Shown here in pieces: positions 37,464-50,954 of a stretch of DNA of 60,230 bases (its first letter is position 1; every line of letters begins with the position of its first letter). Position numbers and translations under genes: made by a program. The stretch comes from Sphaeroforma arctica JP610 (lineage: Eukaryota), in the NCBI RefSeq assembly GCF_001186125.1, contig NW_014040001.1, forward strand, positions 1 through 60,230, written 5' to 3'. The notes beneath the pieces were generated by a model. The model made no database searches. It was given only the letters and a program-made list of their open reading frames with translations, and was not told the DNA's origin.

Positions 37464-40400
37464 TTTGGAATCCTCGTTTCAATCGTATAACTATTGACGC
37501 ACAGTACATGTACAGTATATATCTAAATCCACGCTGTTACCGTAACGTTCACCTGAACCCAACTTGATCACTGGTTGGTTCAAGCTATTAATCACCAGTA
37601 GTTTTATTAATTCATTAGTCAACAAACCGGAGAGGTGGGCCAATAAATCGCAGGCCACAGCAGCCATCAGGTCTACTTTTGAAATTTATCAAGTGTAGAA
37701 TGGACACTAATATGCAAATTTTCAAAATAAAAAATTACATTTCTGTTATTTTTTTATCGATCACAATCTTCCCTCTGTTTTGACTTTGTTGTTGTGTTTC
37801 TCTGTTTCACTTTTGAGCGTTTCCCCAGCCACATTTCAAAAAAAAAATCACTTCACAATCATAGCCTTCTGAAAATTAAACATCACAATTCACTGAATTC
37901 AGAGAGTTCACACTTCACAGTGAACTTCACAGTTCACACTGTTCCACTTTGAGAGTAAATATTATAAAAATAAATATAAAAGGGTAGGAACTCCTGAGGA
38001 AGGGAGGTGACCGGATGGGGGACTGGGGGCCCGTTTGATGGCTCTGGGAGTCTGGGGGACCTACTGGGTCTGAGGGATCTGGCCTCTCTCTGTAGAGCCT
38101 TAGCGCCCTGGCCCCTAGGCTTTTCTCATTTCTGGGCTCACTCTCTCTCTCTACTACTAGAGGAGGCGGCCTTTGCCCAAGCCCCCAAGGCCCAAGCCCC
38201 CAAACCCTTACATATCATGTGTGTGGAGGACTGGGGGTGCAGGCGGGACTTTGGGGGATGCGTGAACATAAGTGTGAACTGTGAACTGTGAAGTACTGAA
38301 GTGTGAACTGTGAAGTCGTGAACTTACAGTGAAGCACTGAAGCCTTTCTATCAAATTCAAAATAGCCTTCTGTGAAGTTTGAAAGCTGAGAAATTGAGAA
38401 GGGCTGAGTCCCGGCTGACTCTGAACCGCTATTGGAAACTGGAGAGTGGAGAGTTTGGACTCTGGAGACTGATGAGAGTGAGCCTGAAGTCTCTTGAGAC
38501 TTGAGAGGCACTGAGAGAGTGGTGAGAGACTGACAAGAGAGTGTGTCAACTGTTAACTGTCAACTGACAAATGTCCAGGCTCCAAACTTCAGACTTCAGA
38601 GTCCAGTCCAGACCTGATCCAGAGCCCAGACAACTCTAGATTTTTCTGTGTGACTGACAAGTGACGACTGACGAGTTTACGACTGTGTGTCCAGTTGTCC
38701 GCTGTAGTGTCCAGTTGCTTACTGTCCTTAGACTCCTTGAGTCCTTAAAATGACTTAGTCCTTAACTCCTTACCCCCCCTTCTCCGTGTCCGTTGTCCAA
38801 TACTCTAAATTTAGAGTCCAAGCGACTCCAACTGTATGTACGTATCATTGATTGACAAATGCAATAACTTAATACTAGCTCGGTCCAATCAGTGTGTCTT
38901 ATGATTTTCATAAGATTTTCTTTCCACAAAATGCCAATACAAATTCATAGGCTAAATCATAACCTTCTTCTAAATTGAAACAATTCTATTTTTGTTTTTG
39001 TATTACTGTATTGTAAATATGAGTTAATGATTGTATGTATTTGGTTTGTTTGTCCTGGACTCCAGGCCTCTCTATTTACTACTCTCTCTCGTAGTAGTAG
39101 TAGTAGTAGTAGAGAGTAGACTGTAGAGGGCCATATGTACTCCATTTTCATATTTTTCCATTTCTCGTTTGTTTTTTGGATGAAATAATTGCTCCATCAT
39201 TTACATAGCAGTCCTAAAACGGCTGATACATTGGTGATCTCTACAAAAGATTGTTTCAATTGGTACGGAAACAATATTAAAAGCTTGGTATCAATCAAAC
39301 GCTCTCTTATTAGTTATTTCTATCATACTTTTTTTGCACGCAGTCATGTCAGCCGTTTAGTTTCTTTATCAATTATCACAGCACTCATCAGAGTATTTCA
39401 GAATGTCACAAATATACTCGCAAAGCCATGAGTCCAAGACTAATAACCCAACGGAACGCAAGTATTTATAAAAGACCGCACGAATGAGCACGAATTCATA
39501 GCCTTCTTCAAATAGACAACGAATTCTCACTGAAGAAAAAAATACATACGCAACAAGATGCCTGGAAGACTGGAAGTCTGGAGCTGTCGGTCAACTTTTT
39601 TTCTTAATAGAAAGTATGTATTATATGGACCGACCGGTCGAAAACCTCTCAGCCAATCAGATAACTACGGAATCACTCAAGGTAGGTGTAAGTGCCAGTT
39701 GTTAGTGGCAAGGTGGAAGAATCAGGCTCAAAGATAGCAGGCATATAAGGCAAGTATAGTGGCGGCAGTTTTCAGAGGTAGTCATGGTAGCGGCAGTTTT
39801 AAGTATTCTCTATATGTGTATGACTGTCAGGCACTGTGGCAGCTGTGTTTAATGAGTAATAATCGGTTTGGTTTGGTTTTTTTGGGTGGAGACAGTGCTT
39901 TAGTGCTAAAATTGCTAAACAATACCTATTTGTTTATCTCCTGGTAATCCTAATATTGGGTCCAAAAACTAGAAAGAGTGGGGGAGGCACTTTTGACTCG
40001 TAATCAAGATTCCAGGCAAGATTGGGTCTTTTTTTAAAAAGCTCAACACTAAAAAGATTTCTCAATTGTTTATAAATATTGTCGTAAATTCTTCAAAGTA
40101 TATGTATTGCTTTCAACATACAAACTCACATCTCACATACAACTCGCCATCAGTTTTGAACACCGAACTGTGTCATCGTTCACGTGAATTCTAGAAGTGT
40201 GGTACAATGTACATAGTCCACAACAGGCCCGAATAGGAAGAAATAACACTCTTGAGGCCCTCAGGGCTGAGGTATTGCCTTCTTCTAAATATTGAGGTTG
40301 AAAGTCACAAATGCAACAGACGACCTGACGTCCCAAATCCAAGAGAGGGGGACCCCGAAAACCAAACGAGCAAATCCAAACTGCCAAACTGAAAATATTG

Positions 40401-41087
40401 AGGACCTTTTTTTAGACGAACACTATTTGTTTTTTTATTTGTTTTTTTAACAAAACCAAAACTCATTTATGTATTCCATTTGTATCTATATTTAGCACAC
40501 AATATTCGTTATTTTGTCTGAAAGTATTTGGTACAAACAATTTAGAAGGCTGTATTCAGTCATTCGTTTTGAGTTTGGACCGTTTGTATCGCAAAATGCA
40601 AATTCGCAAGTCTCCTCCGCGAGAGAGTGAGAGCCGAGAGCTACGAGACTCACGAGACTCACGAGAGCGACGAGAGCGCCCGCTGTGCCGACACTCGCGA
40701 GAGCCAAATAATAAATAATAATAAATAATAAAATTCTGCTTCACATGATGATTATAATTACACGTAATTATTCTATATAAAACAAACAACGCAAATATAT
40801 CATTTTTAACGTTTTCACTTTTTTGAAGCTGTTTTGCTCTCATATCATCCTGATCGATACTTGTGAGTTGTGGTTGCGTGCGCGGCCTTACGCCACTGCG
40901 CGTACTTATTACTATTGTGTATATGCGTGGAGCACTGGAGTGCATTGTTGTCGCACAGGTTCCCGGTGTATAGTCTGTATACTTTATATGTGAATACATA
41001 CAATTCATAAACTCAGTTTGATAGTGTGGATTTTAATATGACTTCAGTAATCTTGTCATCTTCGCGCGTTTCATTCGTACGGTAGTA

Positions 41088-42356
41088 ATGGGAATTTCCG
41101 CTGCACCGGGGCAGCAACCGGCTCAGCCGGACAATGCTGGCAGCGCACAAACTCTAAAACACCCAAGGCATAACTTGTAAGTTCTACTGCACGGATGTGC
41201 ATCCACGTCGTATGTGTCTATGCGAATAGTCAAACTTTGCTTTTTGTCCGGTATCTAGTTTTCTATTGTTTTCCCCGGGGGATTGCTTGACTTGTTTTAG
41301 TCATACAACATTTATATCTCACCCCCAGTTGAGTAATGGGTACTTTTCCTTGTGACATTTCGCCAATGTGTGCGTACTCTATTAACGTGTTCTGCAAGCT
41401 TCAGTCCGTCATCTAGATGGTTTATAATCGAGGACGTGGTGATACCTCGTTTGCGTTAAATCTACGAGGCATACCGCTCTATGCGATTGTTGAGCGCTGT
41501 GTATGTTCTATTCACGGTAACGAGCTTATCCTATTCCATAAATGTGCTGACTTCTCCTTGTTACTGTAAGCCCTTATTTATTGTAAGATCTTGTGTAAGG
41601 GTCAGATGCGAGTATTTGATAGACAATCATGAATTGACTACTGTAACTTGTGAAGTTGCCTGCTACTGCATTGTTTATTCTGTCGTGTAGACCTACAATG
41701 TTTAGTACTGTAGACTGCACTCGAAAGCAAATACTGTTCTGTTTTTTGGGTACATCGTAAATTATAAAGAAGATTTGAGAGAAAGTATATGAACTTCTGC
41801 TGAAATTTAGCATAGTAGCTTGTATGTAGTACATCGCAATACACGCGTATGTAGGTATCACCTGAATACATGCATAATATATATTTTGCACAAATGAATG
41901 CAAAAATTATATTTTCATATTTAATACTCTACTTATATCAAATAATATATATATACATATATATATGTATGTATCGAATGTAGGTATATATGTGTGTATT
42001 TGTTTATATATATATATATATATATACATATATGCATATATTTATTTGTATTTGTATGTATATAAATGTCTATGTGTACGTATGTATATATAAATATGTA
42101 TATATGTATGTATGTATGTACGTTTATACGTTATATGAATATCCATATATATATGTGTGTGTGTGCATGCGCAGGTCAATTTCTATAGAGAAATATGCAT
42201 ATAGATGTACGTGTTTTTATCAATGTATGTATATCGATTTGTGTCGCTCTTATCATCCATCTACATGTAACTATATACACTTCCACTTGCATCCTAGTAC
42301 AAGAATATGAAGATCTATGGAAGTTTTAATGTAATCAATATAGTGTATATATATAC

Positions 42357-42387
<31 letters not shown>

Positions 42388-45300
42388 CATGTGTAGGTTA
42401 ATTTCCATAGATAAATAAATATGAATATAGTTCTTTTTTGTCAGTTTATGTATCTCGATTTGTCTCTACATGCAGCTATATACGCTTCTACTACTTGTAT
42501 TTGGTACACGAATATAATGGTAGATAAATGTACATCTTTATAATATGTAGATGTGCGTGCGTGTGCGTATGTGTGTGTGTGTGTCCGTCCATCTGTCAGT
42601 GTGCGCATATATATGTACATTTTTTTGTGTATATTTATTTATTTATATATATGTGTCTGTGTCCGTATATCAGTCAGTGTGCCCCCATATATATGTACTT
42701 TTTTTATTTGTCTATTTATATCCATATATGCGTATACGGGTTTGTGCGTTTTTTTGCGTGTATATTATATATATATATATAGAAATTGTGTTATATATAT
42801 ATCCAAGTGTCTGTATGTATAAATATATGTATACGTGTGTGTGTCTGTGTGTATGCTTGTTTCCGTTTTTATAGGAAATAGTGTGTTTATGTACACATAC
42901 ATAAATATCTGTATGTATTTTTCTAAGTGATTTTTTATTTATATGCTTGTGGCTTTTTTTGTGTATATACGTTTTTATTTCATGTTATAGAAATATTCAC
43001 ATTGAATATATTTTTATCTACAGTACCGCTTTGCGTCTATTACTATATTACAAATTCGCGTTGCCGAATATTTTTGTCGTGTGTATGTGTTCTTGCGCAT
43101 CTCACATCATAGTCTCATTAGAACATTTCTTGCCTTTAATCGTGTGATTTGAGTCATCACGTATTTGGCCTTGTCAGTTGGAAGTGTTGTTAACGAATCG
43201 AATCCACAGAATGTGTTGCCACTTGAAGTACACATACAAATGAGTAGGAGAAGTCTTTGATTGCACTTGTATATGTACATGCCCCTTTTCCTTTTTATCA
43301 GTATGCAATTGTATGAAGTTCACAAATCTCATCGATTTGTTTTTCTTCGTTTTTCTTTTTCGGAACTTATACAGAAGTGTGCTCGTTGATTCCGATAGCA
43401 AACCGGACCGAAAGTGCACGACGCCAATGAAATATAAAGATAGTAAATCGCTCGGGAGGCCACAACCACTACTCTTCGAACGCGACCGTTGCCTAGTACA
43501 ACGAAATAACCACATCAATGCCACGCATGGAAGCTACAATGCGTCTTCCAATAGGCTATACAGTTCATCCAGACGAACTGGCCGATTCTCACTGCAATCG
43601 TTACACGATAAGTATTTGTCTCGAAGACATCCGCGGATACCGTTGACCTGCTCATTCGCATTCTTAATGTTTTCCTTATCGCTGCTGCCCACAGTACTGC
43701 TCATAAGGTCATACATCCACTTGTTCGAGCCTTGCGGTTTAGACAATGGAGGTTCCTGGGCCGTGGGTATGGCGTATGGTAATTCGCCTTTCAACCTCAC
43801 GTATGCTGATAAAGCTGCACTTACGTGCTCAAATATCAAAGATATACCGGCTGCGTACGTATCCGGTGCATTCATACTACCACCGGCATCGCTATTTCCG
43901 AACACTCATCCTGGATCAGTAACGCGATTGCCCGATGGTAGTTCGCACAAAGCGCGCATCACACACCGCAACCCGTTCAGTGGATTCGAGGGTTACGACT
44001 TCGAGAAGACTAGAAGGAAGGCGAGGCGGACCAGCTACGAAGAGCAAGAGTACTCCCGGCACTTGATGGAGGGAGAGGTACGCGCGGATGAATGGCTGAT
44101 GTTTTTTGAAGTTAAAAATAATCTAGATTACAAGGGTGGAATAGGCCTTGCACGTAGCAGTAATGCTGGCGGCCACTGGGTGTATGACAAGATTGTGCTG
44201 GATGAGTACTTTCAGGTTGCATTTCCCTTCGTATTTCGCGTCGAGGGCGATCTTTTCATGATACCTAGCACACGGGAGATCAACCAGGTCAGGTTATACA
44301 GGGCCACCAGTGATGAAGCGGATGAGTGGGAGCACGTCTCCACACTTCTGTCTGGGCGTTCTTATTGCGACACGAATATTGTGTACTACGATGGTCAGTG
44401 GTGGATGTATTCTTGGACAAAGAAGCCAAATGAACTGCACCTGTACTACAGCGAGTGGATAGAAGGTAAGTTGCCGTGCCAAGTGCATTAATTAAATATC
44501 GTCTATCGTCGATATATTTTAGTCGCGTTTTACCTCGCCTTCATCCCGGCGCATTGTACTAAACTTACTTTGCTTTTTGTCGTACGCTCGCAGGACCCTG
44601 GAATGTTCACCCAATGTCGCCCTTGGATGTAAAAAAACATGATCGCCGACCTGGCGGGCGTCCTGTTGTATTTGAAGGCAAGGTGATTCGCTATTCGGTG
44701 TGGGGTACCTCTTTGAGAGCCTTCCAGGTGGATGTTATGAACACCACACATTATGAGGAGAACAAGTTAAAAGTCAAAATCAAGGGAGATAAGCATAAAC
44801 ATTGGATTTCCAAGCGTGTCCATACCGTTGACCCGCATGAGTTGAGCCCTGGGGTGTGGGTGGCAGGTGTTGATGGGGATTCGCAACGGAGTAAGCCAGT
44901 TACGCGCATGGTGGTGCGCTGGGCTGTGCTGTCCGTTGTATTCTCTATACTAGCTTTCGTTGTGATGAAGGTGAACTTGTTCAAACCGGCGGCAAAGTCC
45001 ATTAGGAAGCTGATTTTGCATTTGAGAGGCCATAAGCGGCAGTTGCAGCAGTGGGGCTCGTGCACACACCTACTTATGGCTCTCTGTGTATGGATCTTCG
45101 GGCTGTGGCGGCTCGATTGGCTATTAGACTGTCGCGAACCGTACAATGTGGCCCATTTCCAAGGTATAGGCACATTGTGTTTAGGGGATGTCGCATATTA
45201 TTCTGAGCGATGTTTAGAATTTGTCGAGCGAGTGAATGTCACAGGGATGCACGGGCATCAGGGGCTCAAAGACGTATATAGCCCTGGTTTGAGTATAGTG

Positions 45301-46362
45301 GGCAATTTGGTGGAGAAACCTGAAAGAGACAGGGCGACTGGACCCTTACTTCAAGGTCTGCCCACGATACCCAATGGCGAATCATATCTTGGGCTGGATG
45401 AAGATGAAGAGGCATCTGAGAGTGCAATGGATGTAGATGGGGAGTGTGAGATAACCGTGATCACCGCTATGATTGATCTCTCTCCATATATGAAAGCGGT
45501 AGGAGAAAGAGCGCCCGCGCAGATGGAGGCAAAGGCGTCGGCCCGTGGATATGATATATATAAAACCTGGTTTAAGCAAATTCTCGGTATTAACGCGTGC
45601 ATGGTGGTCTATGTGAAAGCCGCGGATGTGGAGTTTGTTTGGCAGTATCGCTCACCCAAGACTACTGTAGTCAGCGTTGTACCTAATGATGTAGTGGAGA
45701 CGTATAAGCACATAGGTGAAATAGAGGCCATTGTAAATAACTTGACCTATACGCAAAATGTGCGCCGCCCGGATAGGATAGAAATGAGAGTCCCCGCCTA
45801 CTCGGTGACGCAGTACAAGAAGATCGATTGGGTGTATGAAGCCACCGTATCTAATCCCTTCGGCTCAGATTTCTTCTTCTGGGTGGATGGTGGATATGGT
45901 CACGGCAAGCGCATGCCTGATCTGGGCGGACAGGTTTGGCCTAATCCCGATAAGGTCAGATCTATACTGAACCTAAACCAGGCGTTCATCATCCAGGTAG
46001 ACGATCCCGTACACGAGCACTGCTTTGATATCCGCTCCAAATTTATGAGGCACGAAAGCACCATAGCCGGAGGCTTCTTCGGTGGCACAAAGGCTAGTAT
46101 GCACAAGATGCACTCGCAGTTTCACCGTCACTTGGAAACGGCGCTGGAGGGCGGGTATATGGATGATGATCAAGCCGTGTTCTTCAGCATGTGGTGTGAG
46201 AGTCCGAGCCTGTTCCAGCTAGAGAGATGTCCCGCGAATCTGCTGTGTAAGACAGTGGGTGCCAACCGATGCTTTGACCGGTGGAATTGTGCGCCGCAGT
46301 TCTTTGCCAATGGTGGCTTGCACGATTTCCACATCTGGCTTTATCAGTGGATCGGCACATAG
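41088..46362 (+). CDS. ~982-aa membrane protein: TM - GINT1-N/GH43-like beta-propeller - 2 TM - HtrL/YibB-like domain (exons 41088-41176, 43375-44465, 44594-46362)
   Basis: Propeller motifs: WLMFFEVKN...[13 protein letters not shown]...[14 protein letters not shown]...[21 protein letters not shown]. HtrL-like motifs: [38 protein letters not shown]. Splice phases join in frame. Exon 1 is less certain. Confidence 0.82.
41940..42900. repeat. Intronic low-complexity TA/TG tract with local duplications (~42155-42310 vs ~42380-42515)
   Basis: Seen directly. Confidence 0.85.
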
Positions 46363-46759
46363 CAATATAACATATATTAGTTTTAGTACGTCTTAAGCTG
46401 AGGCCAGAAAAGGTTAAGACAGAAGCTTAACAAAAACAGAAGCTTAAATAGATGGTCTGAGAGCCACTCAATAAAATAGAGGCTGAATTGTAAAAGTATG
46501 GTCTGTTTTTATTAGCTGCAGATATGGCTTTCTCAATTCGATCAGTGCATCTGCATTTCAGCTGGTATATAGTATAGTTGACATCTAAAAATAATACTAT
46601 TCATTGCTGCATAATAATGCATGACCGTGATAATTCTATTACCCATTCCTTAACTTGTGCGCTCTCATACAATCAACATTTTGATATAAACGGCTAGACA
46701 ATCAGTACGAACGCGCAGGTGTATGAGGGAAATACTATTTTGATTTATTATGTGAAGCT

Positions 46760-48260
46760 TTATGTTAAATCCCAGCTGTGCAGTAGTCGATGTCGCTCTG
46801 TATGGGCCAGGGCACTGCTAACCGCACTTCTATGCTTCTCAATCAAAGCGGCAATGCTCTGAGTATACGCGGCCAGTGGTTCATCCGAAACATCCGATAT
46901 GCGATTTGAAGCATTCTCCAGACACTTGAAGGCCTCTATAGAAAGCTCTACGTCACCCATTTTGTTGGCCACGGACAAAGACGAACTCGCGGTATCCTGG
47001 ACAGTCTTGGGATTATCGCCCAGTGCTTCCGAGATGGCTGATATACGGATCATAGCCTGGACCGTCAATCGTTGTAGTTTGCATCTCCTGGATACCCGCA
47101 GGCATTGTTTGTAGAGGTCTCGCGCTTCTTGTAGATGTCTTATGTTGATATTAGAGACAATACCGTTCACGAGCGACTCGACAGCTTCCAGTGCATTAGA
47201 CCGTCGCTGCAGCTGTATACGTGGGAGGGCTTTGAGCTGTCTCCGGGACTCTTCCGCGAAGCTTAGTCCAATGTGAACGTCCGAATTGGAACGCATCTCT
47301 CGCGGTAAGTATGGCACGGTGGACAGAGCGACTACCTGCATAGCTATGAGTGTTTGATATTCCAGGTCGATCCCGTCCCGAGACGCTCGCTGCATATGCA
47401 TCAGAGCCGCCGGTTGGTCGCCACATACGTACAGATATTGTGATATAAGCGAGTGTAGGGCAGCAAATCGCTCCGGACGCTGATCGCATAGATTAGTCAG
47501 CACTATCAAGTGCTGTTGAGCTTGAAGCAAATCCCGTTGTATAATTGTGGCTGATGTCAGACACTCCAAGAGCACGAACATACATGCCCTTACGGTCCTC
47601 CTGTCACGCCCGTTCACGTCCAGTATGGGCTCTTGGCCGGTATCGGTCATCGGCGACGTGCTTAGTGCTGATTTCCAGGCCGGACGAAAAAAATGTGATT
47701 AGGCTAATAAACCAGTTAACAATACACCATACTTGATATGGTTTAAAGATACGAATCAACAAAACAGAACGGGCAGAAGACCTTCGGTAGTGTCAAACCT
47801 CCGATTGTTGTCAAAATACTCGAAAACGAAAACGTACAGAAAAATACACGAGAACAGTCCCTTCGTACCTTGAAAGTATGCTAGCGCAGAGTGGCCGTGT
47901 TTGCATGCTTTGATCAGTTTCCCCATTGTCACCTCGAGTGCCACAGCCACAACAAGAGATACTCCGATAAGTGCTGGGGGCTCTAACCACCCACAGTCGA
48001 AAGCTCTAGAGCACTTCGCAATTCCTAGGGCCTGTAGTCGCTTGACACTGGCAATTGACACGAATTACCAATAGAATGAAAGAGTGTTAAAAAAAATAGG
48101 TACATACACACATATATACATACATACATACGTATGTATGCATGAATGTATGTATGTATGTATGTATGTATGTATGCATGTATGCATGTATGTATGTATG
48201 TGTGTATGTATGTATGTATGAATGTATGTATGTATGTGTGTGTGTATGTATTTATGTATG

Positions 48261-48291
<31 letters not shown>

Positions 48292-48348
48292 GTGTGTGTG
48301 TGTGTATATGTATGTATGTATGTATATATATATGTGTATGTATATATT

Positions 48349-48381
<33 letters not shown>

Positions 48382-50562
48382 NNNNNNNNNNNNNNNNNNN
48401 NNNNNNNNNNNNNNNNNNNNNNNNNNNNNNNNNNNNNNNNNNNNNNNNNNNNNNNNNNNNNNNNNNNNNNNNNNNNNNNNNNNNNNNNNNNNNNNNNNNN
48501 NNNNNNNNNNNNNNNNNNNNNNNNNNNNNNNNNNNNNNNNNNNNNNNNNNNNNNNNNNNNNNNNNNNNNNNNNNNNNNNNNNNNNNNNNNNNNNNNNNNN
48601 NNNNNNNNNNNNNNNNNNNNNNNNNNNNNNNNNNNNNNNNNNNNNNNNNNNNNNNNNNNNNNNNNNNNNNNNNNNNNNNNNNNNNNNNNNNNNNNNNNNN
48701 NNNNNNNNNNNNNNNNNNNNNNNNNNNNNNNNNNNNNNNNNNNNNNNNNNNNNNNNNNNNNNNNNNNNNNNNNNNNNNNNNNNNNNNNNNNNNNNNNNNN
48801 NNNNNNNNNNNNNNNNNNNNNNNNNNNNNNNNNNNNNNNNNNNNNNNNNNNNNNNNNNNNNNNNNNNNNNNNNNNNNNNNNNNNNNNNNNNNNNNNNNNN
48901 NNNNNNNNNNNNNNNNNNNNNNNNNNNNNNNNNNNNNNNNNNNNNNNNNNNNNNNNNNNNNNNNNNNNNNNNNNNNNNNNNNNNNNNNNNNNNNNNNNNN
49001 NNNNNNNNNNNNNNNNNNNNNNNNNNNNNNNNNNNNNNNNNNNNNNNNNNNNNNNNNNNNNNNNNNNNNNNNNNNNNNNNNNNNNNNNNNNNNNNNNNNN
49101 NNNNNNNNNNNNNNNNNNNNNNNNNNNNNNNNNNNNNNNNNNNNNNNNNNNNNNNNNNNNNNNNNNNNNNNNNNNNNNNNNNNNNNNNNNNNNNNNNNNN
49201 NNNNNNNNNNNNNNNNNNNNNNNNNNNNGTTAATGTAGGTGAATATGTTTATGCATGAAAACGTATATGTTTTGATATAAAAGACTAGCCGCTTTGTTTA
49301 GTTACTCAATTGGATCCAAGAATGTGTATAGATGCATACCCGAATATGATTGCTTATGAATACCCACATGCCCCTTAATAGTGTGTAATGCATTGTTAAA
49401 GTACACGTTATCAAAATACTTGCGAATGCTCTTGCCTCGAACGCCTAACTCTACGTGCTTAATTGTGAGTGGATGAGCTGTAGAAACATATACGTTCAAT
49501 TCAGGTGATTTTGCGCGACCAAAAGTAAGAAATACAGACCCGTACGCTTGTGCAGCAATACATACGACATGGGTCCCGTCACTATCTCGTATCCCTGAGT
49601 AACCATCACCATTTGAAGTCCAACAAGCGTACGACACTGCTGGCAAATGCCAACACATACAAGCTGTTGCATGTACACTGTATACTAATATATGTGAACT
49701 GCACTTCAGTAAAGTCAATCTCAGATTATGTTGCCCAATTTCCAACATCATTTTCTCGTACAAACAAATGCCGCAAGCCATACTTGTTCTGCAGCGCCGC
49801 TAAGGTCTTCACTGCATCTTCGTAGGACGCCGACTGCAGCATATAAGTTGCCTTTAGCAACGAGTAGTGGGTATGACTCACCACCAACCACGGTATGCTC
49901 TCCACGCGTGCCTGCTTGTCTTGCGCGTGCTTCTGCTCGAATTCTCCTAATCGTTGCTGGATGGGCTGTAACAAGGCTTTTGTTGCGGTGAGATTTCCAG
50001 CCGTGAGTGCAATGTGCACCTCAGAGAAGCTCAGCAACAGCTCAATCTCTGCCAACCCGGCAGACATGGCACTCAATTTTGCGCCGCCTATGAGACTCAA
50101 AGCACCGTCCATATCTCCCTGTTCGCCTTTCACACGCACCAGCAATAGAGTCATGCGGAAATACGCGCTCGTATGCACAGGTGGGCACACTGCCAGGGCC
50201 GCTCTCAGTCTACTTGTGGCTTGATGCGTATCACCTACGCGTACGAGCACCTCACACAGCGTGCACAGTACATCTGCCTTTACATCATCCATACCCGAAA
50301 CACACCCGGCAAGCAACCACGCGCGTTGGAGCGCGTCCAGCGCCCGGTCCGCGCTATCTTCAGCGTACCTGGCATACAGCTTGCCCAGGCGCATTTGAGC
50401 GCACATCTCCACACGCGGTGCACACGGTACTAGAAGGCCTGCTTCCAGACACTGTGCCACTTGAGTGTAGTGTTGGCCTGATTCGAAGTACTCAGCCATG
50501 TCGAAGAGTATCTGCTGATGCTCTGGGCCTGCAGGAGCCATACTTCCGTACGGCGTGCTCAT
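46760..50562 (-). CDS. MAU2: Cohesin loader subunit MAU2/Scc4 (exons 50562-49784, 48047-47869, 47667-46760; ~621 aa)
   Basis: LFDMAEYF...QCLEA...PRVE...RLGKL...ALQRAWLL...DDVK matches the MAU2 N-terminus. TPR-like helices follow. Phases join without needing the N gap. Confidence 0.82.
48100..48381. repeat. (TATG)n/(TG)n microsatellite followed by N gap 48382-49228
   Basis: Seen directly. Confidence 0.95.
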
Positions 50563-50954
50563 GGTGTAATTATAATGAATAGATATTACCTCAATGTGTT
50601 ATAACTACGAATGTATGTAGAGACTGTGACTTGTAATTGTACACCTATGTGTCGTATTTATTAGGGTTAATACCTCTATGCTGCACAGTTGTATACCTCA
50701 ACGTGTTATAACGAGAAATGTTTTTGTGTTGAGAGCACGGTTGTACACCACTATAGTTTATAACCACGGTTGTGCACCTCTTTATGTTATAACACGGACG
50801 CGTGTATCCATTTATGTGTTCTCACCACGAAAGAATACCTTTATGGGGTCGTGCCTGATTTTGGAGGGGAAAAATATGAAAGCTGCAGTGAAGGGCGTAT
50901 GCACACCACAGTTTATCTAACACCGCAGAGCGCGTACGCTAACTAGGGTGTCGA

